Part shown: piece after piece, positions 8,945 to 17,900 of the stretch
Layout: the number at the start of each line of letters is the position of its first letter
Numbering within the stretch: position 1 is the stretch's first letter
Origin: Candidatus Latescibacterota bacterium
Lineage (GTDB): Bacteria > Latescibacterota > UBA2968
DNA: 64,000 nucleotides
Reading direction: 5' to 3'
NCBI GenBank assembly: GCA_965205975.1
Contig: OZ242195.1
Location: 4,480,001 to 4,544,000, forward strand
Position numbers and translations under genes: made by a program
Notes under the pieces: generated by a model
Databases searched by the model: none
What the model was told of the DNA's origin: nothing
The model's input: only the letters and a program-made list of their open reading frames with translations

Positions 8945-11900
8945 CTACCAGCCTATTGTGGCGCGTCCAGTAACCCCGTTATCCGCACCGATAGACAACG
9001 GACTCGCGCGCCGATGGGCATCGAGGTTCAACTCAAACCTCAAACCCTCGCTAACGAGTGTACCGATGCCATAACCAACGCGATAATCCCGACCTTGAGC
9101 CGAGGTCGCAAAGCCCAAACGCGGCGTGCCCACAAAGCGCCTGCCCAACGCCAACCCATACCCCAGGTCCGCATCGAGCCGGTTGCCCGTCGCATAACCA
9201 CCACCCGCTATGCCCGACATCGTGGGCCGACCCCACAACGCCTCGGCTCCGCTCGTCGCCTGACCGCCCCACGAAGGCGACATACGCATCGTCAAACCCA
9301 ATGGCGTCGATGGACTCGGATTGTAACTGAAAGACACTGCCATACCGCGCTCACGGTAGCCTTCCGCCTCGTGGACCAGCAACGTCCGCACGCGCATATC
9401 CACCTCCAGACCCGTCAAAGGATCCGAAACGACCAGACCCCCTGCGATATCCAGACCCGATCCTGTCTCGGCATCGCCCCCATCGTGACGAAGACCAACC
9501 ATCACGCTCGGAGATAGAGACAATCGGCTCCGGAACGTCAGGGCATGAGATCCCTCAAGCGCTGTGCGCACACGGCTTACCACTGAACGCGTCGCTGCCA
9601 GATTGCCCGAAGAACCAGATACTGCCTCGCTCGACGTACCTACCCACAACGCATCGGCCTTATACGACAACCTGAAACCGTCTGCGCTCCTGCCGATCAA
9701 TTCGCCGCGCGTGCCCACCGCCGCCAGCGACATCGACAGACCCGCCGACAGTTGCGAGGCGCCTTCTTGACTCAGCAGCATACCACCCACACCGTAGCCA
9801 CCTACTGCCCACACCGTCATCCGATCCGTCAAACGATAGCCCAGCCACGGATAAAGACCCGTCACCGACGAAGCCACACGACCACCACCCACCCCACCCG
9901 TGTAACTGCCCAATCCCCAACTGCGAGACAAAGACAAGCCCACCAGAAAAGGTCCCTTCGCGTAGTCAGTACCGAGCATCGCCGTGCGAACAGTGCCATC
10001 CAGACCCAGATCATCTTCGCGACCAAAAAAGGACGACCGCGCACCACGGCTCCAGAAAGAGAACACGCCTCCCCGATCCATCTCACGGTTAAGCGTAAAC
10101 GACGAACCCGTCAGCACATCGCCCCTGGTGAAAAGCGACCTCAGCATGCCTGCAAGACCAAAGGAAGAGCCAGACGACGCCATCCCTACATCGCGCCGCC
10201 CCAACGACGGGTTGTGTGACCCATACCCGCCAAGACCATACACAAAGCGATTCGCCACATCCCTGACCATATCCTCAGCACGACCCAACTGATGACCCGC
10301 CAAACGCCCCTCAAAACCCGACTCACGCCGTGCCTGCAGACGCTCCTCCACATATTCCACCACCTGCAACGCCGCCGTCCGACCAAACCGCGCAAGCAGG
10401 CCCTTAGGCATTGGATCGATGTTCTCGATGGTGCCAGTTGCATCCGCGTCGGAGAGATACGCGTTGCCGCCCGACGCGTTGGAGAGCGTCAGCGTGAACG
10501 TCTCTGAACCCTCGTCAATGGCATCGTCGAGCACTGGCACCGAAATTGTCTTCTCTGTCTGTCCCGCATCGAACGTCAGCGTACCCGACGTAGATGTGTA
10601 GTCCACTCCGACCGTTGCCGTGCCGTCAGAGGTCGCATAATCCACTGTCACGGTCTCCGACAAAGCCCGACTCAGCGTCACTGCAAAATCGACTGTCGCA
10701 TTGGCAGCCTCCTGCACGCTCGCATCCGCCACAGACAACCCCGGCGGCCCCTGAACTGTCGCCGATACTGCCCCCTGCAACTGACGACCATCGGACGTCT
10801 CCACGGCGCCAGCCGGCAGGCTGATCGTCACCGCATCATACGTATCCGGCGCCACCGTGATCTCCCAACCCTGGTTGTTGCCCGACACGAGACGCCCCGC
10901 CTTCGTCACCGCACCCCCCGTCACCGTGAAGGCATTATCGCGCAGCGTCCGGTAGCTAAGACCCACCACATCCTCACTGAAATGCAATTCGAACTTGAAC
11001 GCACTCGACCCGTCGTGGGACGACGGCACATTTCCGAAACTCGCTGTCAACGGCTCGGGTTCCGTATCGGGCGGCTGATTCTGGACGGTCTGTGCCACCG
11101 TCGCCGAAACCGTCTCCGAAACTGTCGCCGACAACGGGCGGTTATCCTCGGTGCAGATCGCACCGGTCTCCCCACAGTCTGCCGCAAGCAGTGTGATCGT
11201 CACATCCTGATCATTGTCGGGCGTAACCGTCACATTCCACGCCTGATTCTTCCCCGTTTCCTGGCGCCCTACCCCGGTGAGTTCCCCATTGGTCACCTGC
11301 AGCGCGTGATCGCGTAGCGTCCGGTAGCTCAGGTTGAACTCCTCGGAGAAGTGCAACTCAAAGGTGAACGCGGATTCGCCGTGGGAAGCCGGCAGTCCCT
11401 GGAACTCCGCCGTCAACGGCTCGACCGGATCGTTGTCAGGTGGATCGTTAGTTGGGGGAGACCCTGCGACGGTGATGGTGGCCTCGCCGCTCCAGCCTCC
11501 GGAGGTGCCGCTATATGAGGCGCGTATCTTCACCTTGTATTCTTCTCCGTCCTCCAGACCCGTGATGGTGTAGGAAGGTTCGGTGGGATAGGCATTGCCA
11601 GTGTTGTCGGTCCAGGTCTTGTAACCCTCGTCCTGCTTTGCCCATGTTATGCGGTAGTTGGCCGGAGCCTCCGTTGGTGCTTCCCAAGAGGCCTGGATGG
11701 TTCCGGGCGTGTCTGCCGTCAGGGTAATGGTTCCGATGTCGCGGGCACCGCGCGGTTCTTCCGGTTCCAGCACGACGGTATTGCCCGAAGGTGGATCGGT
11801 CGAATCGTGGTTGTTAATGGTCCCGGTCGCAGTCGCATCTGAGAGATACGCATCGCCACCCGATGCGTTGGAGAGCGTCAGCGTAAACGTCTCTGAACGC

Positions 11901-14900
11901 TCGTCAACGGTATCGTCAAGCACCGGCACCGAGACCGTCTTTGAGGTCTCCCCCGGGACAAAGGTGAGCGTGCCAGAGGTTTCCTCATAATCTTCCCCAG
12001 CCGTCGCCGTGCTGTCCGAGGTCGCATAATCTACCGTCACCGTATCTGCCACCGACCGGCTCAAGGTCACCTCGAACGCCGCCGTGGCATCTGCCGCCTC
12101 GGTCACTTCGGTATCCGCCACCGAGAGCACGGGCGGACCCTTGATCCGTGCGAAAAGCCGGTTCGACAGCTTCCGTCCGTCTTCTGTACACACCGCACCC
12201 TCGTCATTGCAATTCTCGGTCGGGTTAATCGTAATGGTGAAGTCCTCGGTCGCGTATTCGGCATCGGATTTCCTGCGTTCCACCACGACCCCCCAGCGCT
12301 TCCCACTCGGCGGATCGAGCTTGTACCCTCTTTTTGCATTGTAGGCGCGCGGACCGAGCCGCATAATCAGCGTCTCTAATCGCAGCGTCATATAGTTGTA
12401 GCTGCTTGCGGGTTCCTCGCTGAACACAATACGGAATTCGATCGGGCCGACGCCGTCATGGACCTTCGGGAGGCTGCCCTCCTCGAATTTTACCGTGAAC
12501 TTCGGTGCGGGGATCTTCGCCGTGATCGTCGCCGGGGCCGCGCGGTTGCCCGCCCTGTCCTGTATCGGGTTCTCCGAAGGCACCGCGTAGCTCACCCTCA
12601 CAGAATCGCCGGGTGCCGCCGCCGAGGCAAACCTCAGCATCACGGTCAATCCGCTCACCACGACCGGATCGCTCGATGCCAGATCCCGCGTCTGACCGCC
12701 CACCGTCACTGTGAACGCATCCACTCCCGGCGTGGAGGTCTCGTCAAGTGCTTCGCTATACGTCAGCACCACCGAGTCCCGGCGCGCCACGGCAGCCTCG
12801 AACGCCGGCGCCGTTGTGTCACCTTCCGGTGTGTGGTTGGTCACTGCCTGATCGCTCAACGCCACCACCGCATTGCCCGCCCTGTCCTGTATCGGGTTCT
12901 CCGAAGGCACCGCGTAGCTCACCCTCACAGAATCGCCGGGTGCCGCCGCCGAGGCAAGCCTCAGCATCACGGTCAATCCGCTCACCACGACCGGATCGCT
13001 CGACGCCAGATCCCGCGTCTGACCGCCCACCGTCACTGTGAACGCATCCACTCCCGGCGTGGAGGTCTCGTCAAGTGCTTCGCTATACGTCAGCACCACC
13101 GAGTCCCGGCGCGCCACGGCAGCCTCGAACGCCGGCGCCGTTGTGTCACCTTCCGGTGTGTGGTTGGTCACTGCCTGATCGCTCAACGCCACCACCGCGT
13201 TGCCCGCCCTGTCCTGTATCGGGTTCTCCGAAGGCACCGCGTAGCTCACCCTCACAGAATCGCCAGACGCAACCGCCGAGGCAAGCCTCAGCCTCACGCG
13301 CCGCCCATCTACTGCCACCGGATCGCTCACCGCCAGATCCCGCGTCTGACCGCCCACCGTCACGGTGAACGCATCCGCGGCCGGTGTGGCGTCCTCGTCG
13401 AGTCCATCCCTGTACAATAGTACCAGTTGCGCGCCATCCACCTCCGCACGCAAAAACGCCGGCGCAGTCTCATCTACTGCGTTCGGATCACTCGGCATAA
13501 TATCCCAAAACGCCCTGTTCGACAGGGGTCGCCCGTCCTCGGTGCAGATCGCCCCTTCCGCGTCGCAGTCGGTGGTGGGTAGCAATTCGACCCGAATCGT
13601 CTCGTTGTACAGCGGCTTGATCCAGAACACCCAGGTCTTTGGCTGATTCTCTTTGGGGAACGCGTTCGTGACCTCGCCGTTGGTACTCCGGACCGCATCC
13701 CGCATGGCCTCGCGCGAGGTCGTCACCGGATAGCTGAACTCGGCGTTGAGCGCGAACAGCTTCGAGCCGTCGTGCCCGTCGCCGTACCTCTGCCACTGAA
13801 CCGTAAGCGGAATGCTCGCCGGTCCCTTCACGCGGACTTCCGCACCCGACGACAACTTGCGCCCGTCCGTCGCGCACAGCGCGCCCGAGTCGCCGCAGGA
13901 TTCGGGTGGTGCGACCGATAGAACCACGTCCTCGATCAAGGACGGCGCCACCGTGAGCCGCCAACTGTGGCGGAGTCCGATTTCGTGCTCCGCCGACCGT
14001 ACCCGACCGCCGGTGACGGCAACCGCTCTGTTGGTCATCGTCCACTTGTTCAGGTCGGCCGCCCCGTTGAAGTCGAGCCACACCGTAAAATCTTCCGAGC
14101 CGTCGTGCGCCGCTGGCGCGTCGAACTCGGCCGTCAGCGGCGGCACGGTCCCCTCGGCAATCGTCGCTGTCACGGCCTCCGACAGAGGACGGCTATCTTC
14201 CGTACACACCGCGTCCTCGGCGTCGCAGTCCGTCGTGGCTGGCAGTTCGACTGTCACGTCGCCGCCCGTCGGCTCGAGCGTGACCTCCCAAGCCGCGTTC
14301 TCTGGGCCCTCACCATTCAACCGGCGCGCCCGCGTTAGCTGGCCGTTTGTCACGCTCAGGACGTGGTCGCGCATCGCAGTCCACGACACGGCGGTCGCCT
14401 CGCTGAAACGCACCTGCAGCACGAATGGCACGCCCGCGTGCGCCTCCGGCGCGCCCTCAATGGTCGCCGTCAACGGCGGCGGGGGCGGCGGTGATGATAG
14501 GACAGTCGCCACGACCGCGGCAGAGAGCGGGCGGGCGTCCTCCGTACACACCGCATCCTCGGCGTCGCAGTCTGCGCTCGTCGGCAGCGTGATGGTGACG
14601 TCTTCATCGACGTCCGGCGTAATGGTGATCTCCCAGTTGTGGTTCTTATTTGACACCAGCCGGCGCGCCGCCGTGACCTCGCCGTTCGTGACCGAGAGCA
14701 CATCCGACTGCCCGTTGCTGCCCATGATCTTCTGATGGCTCACCGAGACGTTCTCATCGCTGAACACGAGCTCGAACTTGAATGGATTCCCGCCGTGTAT
14801 CGCCGGCAGTTTCCAGAACTGCGCCGTCAATGGCGCGGACTGGCTCGTTTCCAGTTGCGTGCCGACCCGGCTCACTGGCTGACTGAAACTCTCGGCATCG

Positions 14901-17900
14901 ACGCCTGCCCGGTTTTGCAGTGCAAGTTCGTCGTCGCCTGCGGTGGGATCGCTATAGGTGACGGTCACAGTTTGCGCGGACGCGGGTATCGCGGGCGAAA
15001 TGTCCAGCGCGATGGCCCTATAATCCGAACCCGAGCCACGCACGCCGGCGACCGTTGCCGACGCGCTGTCGTAGGTCACCGCAAACGCCTCCAGCGCGGG
15101 AAGCGCGTAGAAATCAATCGCCCGGGTGAAGCGCAGGGAAAGCTCGTCGCCTGCGGCGTTGAGTTGCACCGGACCCACCAGCACCGGTGCGGCCGGGTCC
15201 GACACGGTCGAGCCGTTGATCGCCGCAAATCCGGAAAAACTCTCCGCGTCTTCGCCGCTGCGGAGTTGCAACGCGGCGTAGTCATCGCCATCGGTCGGGT
15301 CGCGGTAACTCACCGTGACTGTCTGATGCGCTTTGATGGGGAGAACGAACGACAGCCGTATCCATTGGTCGGAGGCCGATGCCTCGATGCTGGACACGAG
15401 ATGCAGGACGCCGTCGGCGTTCACGATAAAGGCACTTTTCGGCGGTGTCCGCCCCGTTCGGTTGTCGAATGCCCGGTCGAAGAACAACTGGAGCTGGTCG
15501 CCTGCCGACGGTATCGTCGCCGACTGCGGAGCCGGCGGCTGGAGGCCGATGACCCTATCCGTGACCGCCGCCGACAGCGGCCGGTCGTCTCCGGTGCATA
15601 CCGCGCCTGTGGCGTCGCAGTCCGTCGTCTCGGACAACGCGACTGTCACGTCGTCTTTTCCGTCCGGCGTGACAGTGATGCTCCACGTTCGGTTTTCTCC
15701 CGCGACGACGCGGCTCGCCCCGGTCACCTGACCCCCCGTGACCGACAGCACGCCCTGCTGCCCGTCGCTGCCCGTAACGTCATCGAGGCCGAGCGAAACT
15801 TCCTCGCTGAAGCGCAGTGTGAATGTGAACGCATCCCCGACATGGTGTGCCGGCATCCGCACAAATTCTGCCGTCAGCGCCGTCACCTGCGGCGTTACCG
15901 GCACGGGGTCGTCGTTGAGGATGGTGGCGATGCCCCAGGCGTCGGCAATGTACGCGTTGCCGCCCCGGGGATTCTCCAACTTCAGCCTGAAGGTCTCGCC
16001 GCTGTCTTCGAAAAAGTCATCAAGCACCGGTACCGAGACGGTCCTGGTCGTCTGACCGGCGTTGAAGGTCAGCGTGCCCGAGGTGTGCGTGTAGTCCTCC
16101 CCCGGGGTCGCGCTGCTGACCGGGACGGTCTCATAATCCACCCTCACCTGCGCCGTCGCCGCCGGGCGCAGCGTCACCTCGAAGTTTGCCCTGGCTCCCC
16201 GGGCCTCCCGCACCGTCGTGTCCGACACGTAGAGCGCGGGCGCATTGGGATTGGGCACATGTATGGCCTCCAGGTTGAAAAAACCGGGCGCCTGGTTGCC
16301 ATCCTGATCCAACACGCCGGGCGGCCGCGGACTGACCACCTGTGCGCGGTCGTAGGTCACATACAGACTGGCCCCATTGCGCACGTCCTGATCGGAAACG
16401 CCGCTCCCCAGTCTCAGTTTCACCACCCGGGGCCTGCCCAGGTAATCGTCGATGATGCTGATTTCGTCAACCGCGAAGCCCGAGGATTGCGAGCCTGTAA
16501 AATGCACGTCATACAGGTACTGTGCATCGCTCAGTCTCGAGTTCCGGTCGAGGTCGCGGTTGTAGTGGACGTAGATCTCGGTCCGTCCCGAAACCTTGCG
16601 CCAGGTGAGGGTCTCGCCCCACTGCGCCAGCGGATAACCCGGGCGCGCAGAATACGACCACGCCCCGTTACCGATCGGATTCTCCCAGCGCACCCGCACA
16701 TCGTAGGCCAGCCCCTGAGTCACCGGCGCGGAGGTCACCGAGTGTCGCTCATCCGGCCCCTTGCGCCGCCAGTTCCAGAAATCTCTCGCCTGCGACCACC
16801 GGTGGTCGGACAGCTTGTATTGCAGGCGGTACAATTTCGCCTCGTTGGTGCCGGCAAAGGACACCTGCAGCCGATCCGCGCCGCGCTCCTGCACGGTTTG
16901 CACCATCAAATCGGCCGGTGCCGACGGCACACGGCGGATGCCGCGCACCCGGTGGACCGTCCGCTCCCGAAGACCGCTACCGCTTACTTGAGAGCACAAT
17001 GACCCTAATGTATTGCAGGGCAACGGCTCCAGCGTCAGGGTCAAGTCTTCGCGACTCGACGGCTCGATCTGCAACACCCACAATGTATTGTCGGAGAACG
17101 TCTCGATCGAGGACACCCGTCCACCGATCACCCCGATGGCGCGGTCCGGACCGATCAGGTCCGTCAACATCGGTCCGGAGAGATAGAGGGTCCTGTTTCC
17201 TGGGCCGGTGAAATCGTCTACCCGCTCGTGTACGCGGATGTTATCCGTGAACCGTATGCGAATTTCGAACGGCTCGCCGAAGTGGACGCCTGCCGGCATG
17301 CCCCCCGGCACGCTGGCGTCGGGGTAGAAAACCGTCGCGCCGACCGTGCCCGTGTTCGTCGCATCCGCCACCTGGCTCCGCACGCGGCCCGTGCCCGGCT
17401 CCGACCAGTCGGTCGTCACACCGGTGGTCACCATCCGGACCCGCACCTGGTATTCCGCACCCGATCTCAGCGACTCGATCAGCCTGAACGGATCGAGTCC
17501 GGTATCCGGATGGCGTGTCCACGAGCCGCTGGTGCCCCGTCGATACTCCACCTCGAAGGCGGTAATCTCATCTCCGCCGGTACTTCGAACACGCCAGCGC
17601 GCCACCAGCCCGCCCGTCCAATACCGCGGCGCTATGACCGACGGCTTCGCCAGGGGGTCCCGCGGCTCGTCCACGTTGACCACCTCGATGGTCACGGCGA
17701 TCCGGGTTGCTCCGCCGCTGCGCCCGTCGTCGGCCTTGACCCTGACCGAATGCGTCGTCTGCATCTCGTAATCGAGCGCCGCCCGCGTCTTGATCTGACC
17801 GGTGGAGGGGTCAATGGTGAAGTTGTCTTTGTCCTGTCCTTCCAGCGAATAGGTCACCTCGTCGCCGTCCGCGTCCTCCGCCACGAAGGGCTCGCCGACG

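Noticed and set aside
12546..13400. Possible CRISPR array or IS-related repeat
   Set aside because: Unit is 327 bp, in frame, without spacers; it is a protein domain repeat.
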